DNA of 64,000 nt. Source: Octopus bimaculoides (taxonomy: Eukaryota). The notes beneath the pieces were generated by a model. The model was not told the DNA's origin, did no database searches, and worked only from the letters and a program-made list of their open reading frames with translations. Every line of letters starts with the position of its first letter. Position 1 is the stretch's first letter. A program made the translations under genes and the position numbers. Of this stretch, positions 24,073 to 37,493 are shown one piece after another. The stretch covers positions 40,160,068-40,224,067 of the forward strand of contig NC_068982.1 in assembly GCF_001194135.2 (NCBI RefSeq). Reading direction: 5' to 3'.

Positions 24073-26060
24073 TCCCTCATACATAAATACACACCACACA
24101 CAAATACACACACATACACACATACATACATACAGACATACAGGCATGCATACATATATATGTATGTAGGAACATTGAGTACACGTTCAATGGAAATGAA
24201 CTGTCCCAAATCACGTTTAAAATAAGCCTGTAGCAACACCCGCATTTAAATTTGAATAGCCAAGCTTGCAGGTGACTGACTGCATGTATATTTTGATTTA
24301 TTATCTCGAGGTAGTCTACTGTCTATTTATCGTTTAGCCAATAATCGAAATTTTGATGAATTTCAATTCAAGCGTACCTAGTATTGATCATTCGCCAGCT
24401 ATGTACACATGGTACAGGAACATTCGAATTCACTTAACAATCAGATTAAGTTCAATAACATTTTTAAGAGGTTTTTTTTTTTTTTCACATTTTTGGCACT
24501 CGGCATTCTTGAGGTTATTTAACAGTTTTTAGTTTCTGATAGAATGGTCTGTCATTATTTCTAAACATTTAATTTTGTCTATATTGTTTGATCGACTGTA
24601 GGTATCTTTTAGTTTCCCGCCTTCATCTCAGATCTTTCTGCTTCCTCCAGTTCTGTGTATTCACCTTTTGTCTTACTTTATATTACCTTTATAATGTCGT
24701 ATTCATCTTGATATAGAAGTTTTGATTAAATTTGAGGAAAACTAACCTAATGTCTTCTTTTTAGTCAGTTCTGTGTATGTTATTCCATCTTCATTATTCC
24801 TTATGTCTCTGTTCTTTTGATATTGGTTTTATTTTCGAAAATTAATATTTCTGTGAGCTGTTATTGTTGGGGAGGTTATTGTTTAATCCCTGGCCAAGCT
24901 CCGATAAAGCTGACCAATAATCAAAGGCAGTCTAGCTACATCTAAACAATGCTTTTCCCTTGGTTAGTATATGGGCTCAACCATTGGCTTCTCTGTGACG
25001 CTGTAACATCACTCTGTAAATTATATGTTATTCTTGTAGCTTTAAGAATACGTCATTAACTTTCCTTGCTTCCAAGAATGTTCCTCGATTCACCATAATC
25101 TTGGCAATATTTTGCAAGATATCTACCTTATTTCCAATCCATTTATCGTTTCATTTTCGTATGTGTTAGCCTTCTCTAACTTGTAATTTATATGAATAAA
25201 AAGCGATTTCCCCTTTCTCCCACAGTGTTATTCATTGTTATGCCTTTCTAGAGTAGCTAACTTCGTTTTAGATGTTATAATTTATCATTTTTTTGTCGGT
25301 GTTTTTACTTTTATTGCTTATTTCTACTATACTCCAAAGTATGTAGATGTCTATGTACCTCCACTTCTTATTGTATTGAATGTAATATGTGCAGAGTGTT
25401 TCGCAGTGCTGATTTCTGAATATAGTGCATGTTTGAAAATCATGAGATTTTACTTATGTTTCTTACCATCGTTCTTTATCATTTCTAATGTACTTATTTT
25501 TAGAGATAATTTCTGTTTTCCATCTGCTCATTCTGATTATCTCTATATCTAAATCGTTATATTTCTGCATTTACTCCAATTCTGTCTCAGTGTTATTAGC
25601 ATCAGTTGGTACTGATGCTTAAATAGATGTTGCTACCTTCTTTAGTGGTTCTTGACAAAAATTACAAAAATTTTAACCTTGATGTCCTTATCTGTCTGAA
25701 ATGGTATATCCCATAGTATAGACGTTTTGTCATATTATATTTACTCTGGTGGATGTTTGTTATCGTTTCCTTTCAGATGATATTCCGAAATGCTGTTATG
25801 AAAGCCCCGACTCTTTCATGCCCTTATATATTTTTCAGGGCTAAGACTTGACAACGACAGAGAAAACAGTTAATATTTTCTTTCTAATTCTCTCATATAA
25901 CACAATATATTGTTTCATTACGTGCTTTGGCGTTTCTGCTGGTAATGCTTTGATTTTGCGCTGCAACCAAGAATCCTTCACTTCCAGTCCTGCTGTTCTC
26001 ATTGAGTGATACATCTTTTCATTGCCTATTTCTATCCTGTCCAATTTTTCTTAGTATATA

Positions 26061-26128
26061 TATTCACTTATGTGAATATTCACTTATGTGAATATTCACT
26101 TATGTGAATATTCACTTATGTGAATATT
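26061..26128. repeat. 16 bp quasi-palindromic unit (TATTCACTTATGTGAA) x4
   Basis: Four exact tandem copies inside the LINE relic. Confidence 0.9.
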
Positions 26129-26277
26129 TTGTAAGAATTTTCCATTTGTATAAGAGCCTGGCCCTTATTCTCTAGATTCTCAGTAAAATCATTAATTTTA
26201 TTTCAGATTTTTAGTGGTGTCATTAATGTTATTATTTAGAGTTTACTCTAGCTTGCGTTGTGTCCAATTAAATATAA

Positions 26278-26472
26278 TAGTTTCAAATTTCGGCACGAGA
26301 CCAGTAATTTCGAAGGAGAGTTAAGTCGATTCCATCGGCCCCAGTATTGAATGAGCACTTATTNNNNNNNNNNNNNNNNNNNNNNNCCCTTAATGTTGAA
26401 AGGCAATGTCAATCTCGGTGGCATTTGAACTCAGACCGGACGAAGCATGCTAACTATTCTGCCAGCTTGCCA
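26278..26472 (-). mobile_element. SINE family B nested in the LINE relic
   Basis: TTTCAAATTTCGGCACGAG tail and GCTAACTATTCTGCCAGCTTGCC head in reverse orientation. Confidence 0.75.
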
Positions 26473-27499
26473 CGTTATCCAATTAATAATATTAAAACTA
26501 CTGAGATATCAAGAGTATAGTTGATTATTATACTGTTTTTACATTTAGTTTTGTTTTAGATATTAAGTCCTAAGTCCTAGCTTTCATAGCATTCATCCCA
26601 TTTACTCTAAGTAATTTCAAATATATGTGTCACCTAATTTTTCTAAATTTTTCTTGATTTATTATGGCATTAGTTTTCTTAATTTTGCTTTCTTCAAGAT
26701 AGCACGGCGCATTTTTCTAATTCTAAACTTATACCAAGTATTCCAGTAAATGTATGCAGTGTTTCGAGCTGTTTCTCATCAGCAGCGTTCAACGTGACAT
26801 CATCCATACACATCCTTTTATAGCATTTGTACCCCTGTCTTGTTTTGTTTAAAATGCTGGTTAGAGGTGTTATTACTAACCAAGATAAGAGTATGCACAA
26901 GGAGACTTACGACTTCAGAATGTGTCCTAAGTTAACTAATCAATTGGAATCGAATATAATTTTTAGATTGCTATTTAGCTTTCTACAAAAATTTGATGCA
27001 AAAATATTGTCACTATTTCGTTTCTCGGAGAATGTTAGAGCTACGAATTAAAATACGAATGTACAATACAAATTTCTTCCTTTTTTACCTATTTATACAT
27101 TTTCTGCTCTCACGGTAAGACTTGAGGATAACGTTATTATGCACTTCTTTAATGCATTTTGCACAGGTTTCTATATGATCAGGCTAAAAGGACTAATGCA
27201 TTAGAAATGATATACAGTATCTAAAGCATTAAAGCTTTTCAAGACAGCTTTAGCATATATGTGCTGACAGGAGAGGAAATGGGTTTCTAGTGAGGTGCAT
27301 GCTTTTCTCACGAACACATACTTTCCCTATATATTGAATTTTTCCCTTGGGGAAAATATCACAAATTTGTAAGGGAGGAATACATTCAGTCGTGGAGACA
27401 ACAAAATAATTTAATTCATTGTATTAAGGTTTCTGTCACAACCCCAAAATAATCCCCCTCCTACCCTTCATACTCCCATCCTCATCACTATGATCAATT

Positions 27500-27515
27500 A
27501 TAGTAGTAGTAGTAT

Positions 27516-27569
<54 letters not shown>

Positions 27570-27570
27570 C

Positions 27571-27618
<48 letters not shown>
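27500..27618. repeat. (AGT)n microsatellite
   Basis: Direct inspection. Confidence 0.95.
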
Positions 27619-28801
27619 CATTGTCTGTGTTGTTTATTATTACATATGAGACGTGATTAAAATCGATATCATTATTGACTTAGCGCAACTGGAATGTAAA
27701 GAGAAATGTATCTTAGATCGCGATTGAATTATTTGATTTTGAAATATTGCCGGCAGATATACGAGTTTTAAAGTATGACAAATTTTAAATAGGCATTCCC
27801 TTGCAGGAATAATTTAATCAGAGCAATTAATTCGTTATCTTATGATATTCAATAATTATAGAATAATTATAGGGTCACACATCTTCTATATTAAATAAAA
27901 TCCAAGAACCAACATAATAATCTATTGGGTATTATTCAAACAAAATATCCAAATTGTTAATAATGTAAGATGAATATCTGCGGATAATTTACAATGTGTG
28001 CGATATATAGTAGCGTAAGTCTAAATATAAAGTTAATATTCTCATTTACTAACAAGAATTCATAATTAATTTATTTATGTCTTTCAACGTCATTTAAATA
28101 CTCACTTAGAAGTCCTTCATCAAAGTATACAAACCATATCTAACCCGTGTTCTGAGCTACAGACTACCTCAGCCTACATTAATGAATATTTCTTTTTTCT
28201 CTTTTTAAGATCAAATGTTGTCACCTGAGAGAGGTTTAGTTACTAATTTTAGCAGACCGAGCAACTACATAACGGCTATCTTATTTGAGGAGAAATTCCT
28301 TGTATGATGATAATGCACCTTAAGAAAATGTATCATTCAACCACAGTAATGTTTGGATTTATTCTTAAGTCCGCCATTTCGTCAATCGCAGCAGCTTCCA
28401 AGCCTCTCCACTAATTCAGTTCTCAACTAAATTGCAAACTGTTAATAGCTTTAACGAGGACACGTCCTCAGCTACACTTTGGCATGCTAGTTTGAGATTT
28501 GGTTCAGTAGAAAAAAGTTACATCAAAATATCTGCGATCTCAAAGGGGGTAGTAAGGCAGATATTCATCTTCAATTAACTTAATGTTTTAAATTTTAAAT
28601 TAAAAGTATACCTTTCATAGGCTTAAATGATAGAAAATCGCATGAGGAATTCAGAATCGCTAGTCGCATTGAACAAAAATTAGTAGAAAAAGAGTTATGA
28701 GGTAAAATGGTACGAAATTTAATGTCAGTCAGTAAGAAAGTAAGGCAGTAACGCTTCAGCAATAAGAATAAAAAATATATTTCTAAAATGAATGTTTGCT
28801 T

Positions 28802-29170
28802 TCTAAGGCGGTGAGCTGGCAGGAGCATTAGCACATCGGGCGAAATGTTTAACGGTAATTCGGATGTCTTCACGTTTTTGAGTTCAAATTTCACCGAGGT
28901 CGACTTTGACGTACAGATTATTTGATTAATTTTCCTTAAACTAAACCCTTTCAAACTTCCGATACTCGTAGACTGTGTCACATAGAACAGGGTTTACTTT
29001 TAATGTTTTTGAGAAAATTTGGTATTTTAAAAGCGGTATTTCGTCTGAGTTCAAATTCCGCCGAGTTCGACTTTGCCTTTCATCCATTTCGGATCTATTC
29101 AATTAGACGTGCAGATTAATTAATTTCTTTTTTTTAACTAAACACTTTCAAACTTCCGATACTGGTAGAA
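28802..29170 (+). repeat. diverged tandem duplication of a SINE-B head fused to an unrelated ~70 bp segment
   Basis: Both units show GTTCAAATT..CCGAG.TCGACTTTG followed by GACGT.CAGATTA...AACTAAAC.CTTTCAAACTTCCGATACT.GTAGA. Confidence 0.65.
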
Positions 29171-29339
29171 TGTAAGATATTTCATCAAAAGTTACAGAGT
29201 GACAATGGACAAATTCGTGTTTGATAAGTGACAATACACGAAACTCTCAGCTTTTGACTTACTCTCTAACTTCTGCCGACGTTATATATACATATTACAT
29301 ATATGTGTAAAAAAATCTCATCATCCAATCGAACCAATG

Positions 29340-29525
29340 AAAGAGCCTCTATCTGGTCGCTCCACACGCTAAAAATAGCAGCCAAAGTATCTCCCTACCT
29401 AAATCACACGCTCATTGTATGTAATGTCATAGATTATCCCTACAAAGACGGTTGGCTGAAGGCTGCAATGTCTTTGATGATCGGTTTGCAGTATCAGGGT
29501 TTATTTGAGGCTAAATAACAACAAC
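29340..29525 (-). mobile_element. dispersed ~190 bp repeat (family E); other diverged copies near 24880, 28140 and 36860
   Basis: Shared motifs (ATCAAAG.CATT..AGC; TGCTATTT.TAGC; GAGCGACCA..AGAGGCTC) between this reverse complement and 36860-37030. Confidence 0.5.
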
Positions 29526-30059
29526 CTTATGGTCAATTTCTATATTAACACCCGCACGATTTTCACTAAGACAAAAAAAAATTGATTTTTTTGCGTGGAA
29601 TCAAGTACCCTGACCTCCTAATAGTCTACTAATCCCTTATTTTGGTTCGGAAAAAAATGAGATGTTGTGTTCACCCTCCCAATCCTAGAATCACTGGAAA
29701 TTACTCTTTTTCGTTCAATTAATTCCTGTGAACTCCTAATATTGCCAAAATTAGGTTACTTAAGGTGAGCCTGGTAACTGATGGTTTTGGGGTCTTGTTG
29801 CTTGTAACTTTTGGTGAAGCATGGTGCAACCAACAACATGGTAAAAATCCCTGCCATTAATTTGGTGTGGATGGGTAATATCAAATAATTCAATCACAAC
29901 ATATATTTAAATTAAACACGAAAAATATTGAAATATTATCATCACTTACATGGAAAAATTGAAATATTATCTTTCAGTATTTTATAAGGTAAAATCTTAA
30001 ATTATTAATTGACACATTATTAATTAACTTATAACAGCAATGCCTGGAAAAATCATGGC

Positions 30060-30578
30060 TTACATGGAAAAATGCAAGCATGAAAAGTAATATTCTTAAA
30101 ATTATAAACCTGGAAAAGTACAGGACAAGTTATTACACCTGTAAAAGTATAGGACAAGCTATTACTTCTAGTAAAGTAAAGAATAAGAAACCCTTCACTT
30201 AAAATATTGCAGCTAAAATTAAAATTTGAATATTAAAACTTATTTTATTATTGTTTACAAATATGACTATACTTATTTAAGTAGAATTTGGTTAATTTAC
30301 TACCTTAATTACAGAAAAAAGTGACTAATTAGACAAACTTACAAATTAGCTGAACAGTTTTGTATAATAAATTTAAAAGATGAGAACTGTAAAGAGGGAT
30401 AAATTAGAAGAACTGGCATTCTTTGCTGCAATATTTCAAGTAAAAAGTTTCTTATTCTTTACTTTACTAGAAGTAATAGCTTGTCCTATACTTTTCCAGG
30501 GGTAATAACTTGTCCTGCACTTTTCCAGATTTATAATCTTAAGAATATGACTTTTCAGGCTGGCATTTTTCCATGTAA
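30060..30578. mobile_element. foldback MITE with ~155 bp inverted arms
   Basis: 30060-30215 matches the reverse complement of 30422-30578 at about 90 percent by eye; ends TTA-CATGG...CCATG-TAA are compatible with a TA TSD; internal TGGAAAA subrepeats. Confidence 0.75.
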
Positions 30579-30915
30579 TAATGATATATGTTAACAACAA
30601 TAGCTCTGTAGAAGAGCCATTGCACACATGAAACTAAACAAACATTAGATGTCATATGTCTAAACAATGCTACCTATAATACAAGTATTCTAATCCATTA
30701 AATATTTGTGACATGGGACGTTCACTTATTTGGATTTGGAATTTCTTTTATCTGGAAAGAATATTAAAGCCATTCTTTTCACTCGTTTCAGTCATTTGAG
30801 GTAACCTGTCGTGCGCGCGTGTATATATATTGGTACTAAACTCGAAACCACGTAATCGTGAATTTAGCTTTTTAACTGTACGGCTATGCCGACACTAATA
30901 TGGATTATCAAAAAT

Positions 30916-31540
30916 GGGATCTTTTTTAAAACGGGGTCCACATTTTTCATTAATGTTTTACGTAGTGTTTTTGGTACCGAAAGACTTTCAAACTTCGTAT
31001 ACTTATCTATTTTGTATTATAGAACAGAAAAATATTTTTGTATTCGAATTTATTTCATGTAAAAAATTGTCTTATTTCGATAATTTCAACCAATCACTGA
31101 CAAGTATTCAGTTGTTTACCTTTACTCCTTTGGCTCATTAAGCGATGTAAAGCGTATTTAATCTCCATACCTTCGTTTTATTTGCTTTTTTCATTTTAAG
31201 TTTGCTTTAACCCTAACCTTAACCCTAACCCTAACCCTAACCCTAACCCTAACCCTAGGGTTAGGGTTAGGGTTAGAGTTAGGGTTAGGGTTAGGGTTAT
31301 TTGTTTCAGAATCGTTTGTTTATGTAGTCGGCACTTAATGTATATCGGCTGAATGGACGTCAGTGATTGGTTGAAATTACAGAAATACGACAACTTTAAC
31401 ATGGAATAATTTATGGATTTCTTTTTTTTTTTAAGAAGACTAAGAGAAAAAGATGTTTTATATGACACATTCTACCAGTGTTCCAAGTTTCAAAGTGTTT
31501 CGTTAATGAAAAACGTGGCCCCCGTTTTAAAAAAGATCCC
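30916..31540. mobile_element. MITE with 38 bp TIRs, inner 21 bp IRs and a central telomere-repeat palindrome
   Basis: TIRs 30916-30953 / 31503-31540 (36/38); flanking AAAAAT at 30910-30915 and 31541-31546; perfect IR TAATTTCAACCAATCACTGAC at 31081-31101 / 31359-31379. Confidence 0.8.
31208..31299. repeat. inverted interstitial telomeric repeat (TAACCC)8-TA-(GGGTTA)7
   Basis: Read directly; one variant unit per arm (TAACCT, GAGTTA); centre CCCTAGGG at 31253-31260. Confidence 0.95.
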
Positions 31541-31992
31541 AAAAATGTATATAAAAGAAAGTTGCACTAATCAAAGTGAAGTCTTCTTGTCTCAGTTATA
31601 CTGAATTCTGATTAACATGACTAATTTTAAAAGTTGTTAACCTGACCTTTGAAGTCGATAGAAATGTATCATCTTTTATCTAGTTAGATGCGAAAATTCG
31701 AAATTTTCGCCTGTGAAAATGATGAATTAAATCTATAAACAAATCTAGCAAAGAAAATAGAAAATACTCAGTCTTCTATAATAGATGTGTGAGGAATTCA
31801 ACATATCAGTATGAGGTTATTCGCTCATATTATAATAAAATTAATAGTAAATAGTTCGTGGGCTTTACAAAAGCTAGAACTACTAGACAAAAGGAAACAA
31901 TGTAGAAGTGTCTTGGACTCATAAACACAGATGTCGTAATCGAGTTTAAATCTCTTTTACTATGAGTTATAAAAGCTTGCGAGATAAATAAA

Positions 31993-32028
31993 CAAAGAAA
32001 GAAAGAAAGGAAGAAAGAAAGAAAGAAA

Positions 32029-32098
<70 letters not shown>
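31993..32098. repeat. (GAAA)n polypurine microsatellite
   Basis: Direct inspection. Confidence 0.95.
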
Positions 32099-32529
32099 AC
32101 AGTATATATGTATATATATATCGAATTTTGATTCATTGAAAGATTCTTGATAAACATTCCATTCTTTTGATAATATAAAACATACTTCCGGTGCATTTAG
32201 GTACATTTTCTAGATTAATGTAAATATGTTTACATAAAACTTGTTCTCCCTTTACGCGGTTTCCCCATTAAGTACTTTGTTATTTTTTTTTTCTCTATTG
32301 ATGTCCAGAGGGGTGATATATTTCTGATCAACCCAGATTAAAAGAAATAAAAGCATGAGTTGGTAGCAGAGCGATATGACATGACGCATTAAGTTTAGGC
32401 GAGATGAGAATACTGAACAAAAAAACAATGAATGTTGTAAAATTGTTCTCGTCCTTCAATAATAACTATTCAATGAAAAGCAGTTTTTACAACAACATGG
32501 TGCGAGAATTACATATTACTTAATATGAA

Positions 32530-32745
32530 TATTTCAAATTCTGCCACAAAGGCAGCTTGCGGGAGGTGGGGATTTGTCGATTACATCGAACAGGTACTTA
32601 TTTCAACAGGTACTTATTTTATCAACCTCGAAATGATGAAAGGCAAAGTCGACGTCTGTGGAATTTGAACTCAGAACGTAGCGATCAGCGAAATACCGTT
32701 AAGCATTTCGTCCAGCGTGCTAACGATTCTGCCAGCTTGCCATCT
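32530..32745 (-). mobile_element. SINE family B
   Basis: CGTGCTAACGATTCTGCCAGCTTGCC head, GAATTTGAACTCAG B-box and GGTACTTATTTTATC central segment, all reversed. Confidence 0.85.
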
Positions 32746-34102
32746 TCATGTTACTTAATATAATTTTTGTTTTGGTAGAAAAATTCCAGCAATCCAGTTA
32801 TGTACAAAAGTTAAAGTATCCTAGGTACAAAAGAGTCGGTAACAACCACGGATTTTATAGTATGATATTAATGAGGCATAATATATTCATGATCACAAGT
32901 GACATATCAAATTATTCTTTACTCTTTTCCCCTTTTACTTTTGTCAATCATTACACTGCGACTATGTCGGGAACACAACCTTAAAATGCTTTGGTAGATG
33001 TAAATGCAATCCTTATGTTTTTAGTTTTCTTTTTCTTTTTTTTTGTATTATGCAGCTTCTTTTGTCGGTTTCTATTTTACAGAACTAAAAAGTTCGTGCA
33101 CCAGAAACAAACACCGAGTATCAAGTTTTATCAAATGAAGAAGAGCGAGGGAGAAAGAAAGAGAGAGTGAGAGAGAGAGAGAAGAGAGAGAGGAACCACA
33201 AACAAATGTACATACACATATACACAGACACGTGTGTACACACATGTACATGTGCACACACATGCACATATATGTACACACATGCACGAAAGGCTTCCAC
33301 ACACAATTTCCACCAACCGAATTCCCACACAAGACGTTAATGGACTTGGTGTTAATGTGAAAGACATAAGCCCAAATTGATATAGTGGGATTGAACCCAA
33401 ACAATCAGATTTCGAAGCGGACTCCTTAATTACACACCTATGTCTGAGCTTAACATTTAATTTTCGTGTCGAGAAACGCAATGAATCCCATGAGTAGTGT
33501 AGAATTTACAAACTAACAAGTCGGAAGTGCATGCGGTACGTTATCCAATCACCAGTTTGACAGTAATAAGTATACATATATGTTCATATCATTGCCTTCG
33601 GCGTCACGTGATACAAAGCACCTAATATCTAACTATTAATATTTTGTAGGTTGTTGTATGCAGTAATAAAGTCTTATCTACTTCCTTAGTAGAGATAACG
33701 AAGCAATTCTATGATTGAATTGGAAATCATAAATTTCTTTTTCAGATTATTTCAAATTTCCAATATTTAAATGGTAATCTCGGTAAGAAAAATATGGTTA
33801 CATAACTTGCTACAGTTTCACTCTCCTAAGAATATTAATAATATATCTATATTCTTTCTTTGGAAACGATTGGAAATAATATAGCTGCATATTCTCTTTA
33901 AATAATTTTGATACCAATAAAAATACTTATCTTCATGGAACAAGTCCGATATGATATTTAATGACCCCGATAAATGAAGCACTAAAATACCGTCTTTAGG
34001 GATCTAGAGGAGAGCTTAATATCAGGAAACCCGACTGAATGTCTTCTTAAAGCGCACAATGTAGCGATTACATATGGGCACGATCTCTCATTGCTGTTAT
34101 TA

Positions 34103-34170
<68 letters not shown>

Positions 34171-34185
34171 GTGTGTGTGTGTGTG

Positions 34186-34228
<43 letters not shown>

Positions 34229-37060
34229 CAGTAATAGAGTATACATTTATATAAATTGAATTGCTTTTACATTAAGAAAATATATCACGTCATGATGATT
34301 CGAATTCAGAACATATTGCTGAAAAACATTTTTCGCCGCTCAAACCCATCAACTCTAGTTTACTTAAATAGGAATAAAAACACTCGATAAAATTGACACA
34401 GATAAAAAAAACTTGTCAAACAATAAAAATAAAATCCTCTTTATTTCTGTGGAAAAACAAATGTTAAAACGCAGCAACTAATTAAAAATATTTTTTCGGT
34501 CTAACACACAAGTTTATAAATTACGTCAAATTCTTCCAGTGAAGCAGAAAAGAAATAAATTGCAACAAACATCCTATTCTCAACAGCTATAGTGATACAT
34601 ACGCACATACACATATAAGCACATACCTACATATATACATAATTAATGCTAAAAAATAAATTATCAATCAATTAGTATCACCTTATCTCAGGACGATAAA
34701 GCATCAGAAAATGTTGAGTGGCTACCTAAATACTTCAACTCCTCCCTCTACTTAATGAGTTTAAATTCTATTAGAATGGAATTATTATTCATCCATATGT
34801 TACCGATAAAATAGTTGTCAGCTTTCTACTTCATCCAGTACAACTCTTTCCTTAAAATGTTAGCTTTGCCTGTAATTAAGACAGTGAAGTAACTGCATTT
34901 TCGAAAGAAGGAATATAAATGTATTAATAAGGGGTCTTATTAGATGGTGGAAATAATTACTTGATAGGTTATTCACACGTTCAGATGTATTTTAGCATTG
35001 AAATGAGTAAAATTTCTAAAACTTATTCCTGCTTCTTACAACAATCATCTGTATCAACATATCATCTTCTAATTCCGAAAGGCCAACGAGAAATAGTCTT
35101 GCTGACCCCGCCCACAGCGTTGTTCTTCAGACGTTATATGACTGTTAACCTTTCGGTCTATATCATATCTGCCCGGTCAACTCCAGTTTCACTTATATTT
35201 TTACATGTATATGTTTATATAAGTGTATGTTTATATAAGTATGTATGTATGTTTGTATGTGTGTATGTGTATATGTATGAGTGTGTGAGGGAGTTAAACT
35301 GGAGAAGGATAAAGATTTTTCAATATAAGTGCACTAATATAATTGGCATAGAAGGTAACGAACCTTGAAAGATGCATTATAGTATCTAGTTTGTTGTCTA
35401 AGGTTGTTAATGTTATCCGTGCCGCAATCGACTTCACCTTTTCAACCAACTGAAATCAATAAAATATGTTCATCACAGTATGCTCGATTCAGTTGCATAG
35501 CCGTTCTGTAATAATATTGGCCTTGTGCTCAGAAGTAGAAATTATTATATAAGTGCTATGAGAATGGATGTTTGTTTTACTCTCAGATAGGAAAACCAAT
35601 TATAAATATTTGGAGTGTTTTCTTACTGTGTAGTTTTACTGCTTGATATTTTCCCTGAGGCGAAATTATTCCCAACTTATATCCTGGCTTATCTGGGCGA
35701 GATACTTTCATTCCCATAGCTTTATGCCATTCAGAAAAATGTGAACATCACAACCTCATTATGTATTTCTTTCTCCATTCATATACTATAGATATCACTT
35801 GTGTCTATCTAACGAATCCATTATGTGTAATTGCTAATGCGTGTTGCTAGAAAATAACACCTACTCTTTGTTAGGCTTTGTTTATTTAATGACTCGTTAG
35901 ACATTCTAATAACAGGAATGAAAATTCTGATGATATCTGAACGAATAAAGTATAGGACAACCAATATATTACTGTATATCATCATCAATAATATGCTATT
36001 AACTTTCCCGTGACTCAACCCATGTAAATAATAAATATGCAACACTGAGTAAACACGTCTTACTGTTGAACGGAACAGTAACATTGGACAATCAAGAAAT
36101 GTTTTCAGAGCTTACAATTTCGTTTATTCGCCGATCGTCCTCTTAAGTGTATGCTGAAAACAACTAGAAACTACTTATTTTAGTTTCGCCATTATTTATG
36201 ATTTATACTTTGGATAAGAAGCAGCAATCCATGCCACTCATCGCCGGATAACAAAGTTACACTACACTCATCTATAAAAGAGATAATATATTATTATGGT
36301 GAAATAAGCTTTCAAATGTATTTCTTAATGTTTAATCAGAGATTAGAATAATATTATAATGTAAATGAAGAAATCTTACAATGTTTCAGCTACATATCTT
36401 ATTAATAGAATGTTCTATGGCTAGAGGAGTTACATTTTAATCACCACAGGACATTAATCCTATTCAAACGTGTTTCATATTGTATCATCCAGACTAAACT
36501 AAAGAGAACTTTTTCTAGATTTCCTAATGTTGTGATTATAGCATTCAGTTTTATTGATTCTGTTAAAAGATAAATTGACTGTATCTGATTTGAACACAGT
36601 ATGTTATGATCGTAACCCTCAGAGATATCCAACATTTAATTGCTAATGTGAACATTACTAGTTCAATCAATTACTGAACCAATTAATTAATTGGTTCACT
36701 TACTGATTGAAAACAAAAGTACTTATCAGTCTATACTCTACTCATTCAGTTAGACTCTAATTTACCAGTTCAGATAAAAATTATTGGTTTCAATCATTAC
36801 GGTAATGATTGGAATATACGATTCTGATGGATTGGATATCATCATACTGTTCATCTCATGTTAGCTCTCATCAAAGAGACCTATGATCAAAGAATTGGAG
36901 TCATGACCATCTTACTTTCAGACAGAGTATTCATTAGCCAATATGTCCTTCTTTTGAGTGTGGTAAGATTAGTGTGGTTTGAGGAGAACTTCAATGCTAT
37001 TTCTAACAGACCGAACGACCACTGAGAAGCCCCATCATTGGCACATACAATTACATATAC

Positions 37061-37493
37061 TCTCTCTTTTACTCTCTTTTACTTGTTTCAGTCATTTGAC
37101 TGCAGCCATGCTGGAGCACCGCCTTTAGTCGAGCAAATCGACCCCGGGGCTTATTTTTTGTAAGCCTAGTACTTATTCTATCGGTCTTTTTTGCCGAACC
37201 GCTAAGTGACGGGGACATAAATACACCAGCATCGGTTGTCAAGCAATTCTAGGGGAACAACCACAGACACACACACNNNNNNNNNNNNNNNNNNNNNNNA
37301 TATATATATATATATATATATATATATACGACGGGCTTCTTTCAGTTTCCGTCTACCAAATCCACTCACAAGGCTTTGGTCGGCTCAAGGCTATAGTAGA
37401 AGACACTTGCCCAAGATGCCACGCAGTGGGACTGAATCCGGAACCATGTGGTTGGTAAGCAAGCTACGTACCACACAGCCACTCCTGCACCTA
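37061..37493 (-). mobile_element. SINE family A, full length
   Basis: Complete reverse-complement match to the head, core, internal microsatellite (gapped) and GAGTAAAAGAG tail. Confidence 0.9.

Larger units (their letters stand above)
25530..26900 (-). mobile_element. decayed R4/Dong-like LINE interrupted by a SINE
   Basis: ITPLTSILNKTRQGYK...MDDVTL...LEKCA (ORF 26694-26900); ENKGQALIQMENSYK; GFLVAAQNQS; DIPFQTDKDI...SVPTD...KYNDLDIE. Confidence 0.75.

Noticed and set aside
26755-26790. Minus-strand CTGATGA...GAAAC inside the LINE RT relic
   Set aside because: Only 2 bp of stem II and no stem I or III; chance match within codons for ADEKQLET.
31208-31299. Ancient telomere-telomere chromosome fusion site
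   Set aside because: A fusion would read (TTAGGG)n then (CCCTAA)n; here the order is reversed, the array is short and it sits inside TIRs.
35600-36150. Possible Penelope RT relic (AINFP, NYSQLIS words); similar weak signal at 45950-46330
   Set aside because: Isolated short word matches amid many stops; not distinguishable from chance by eye.
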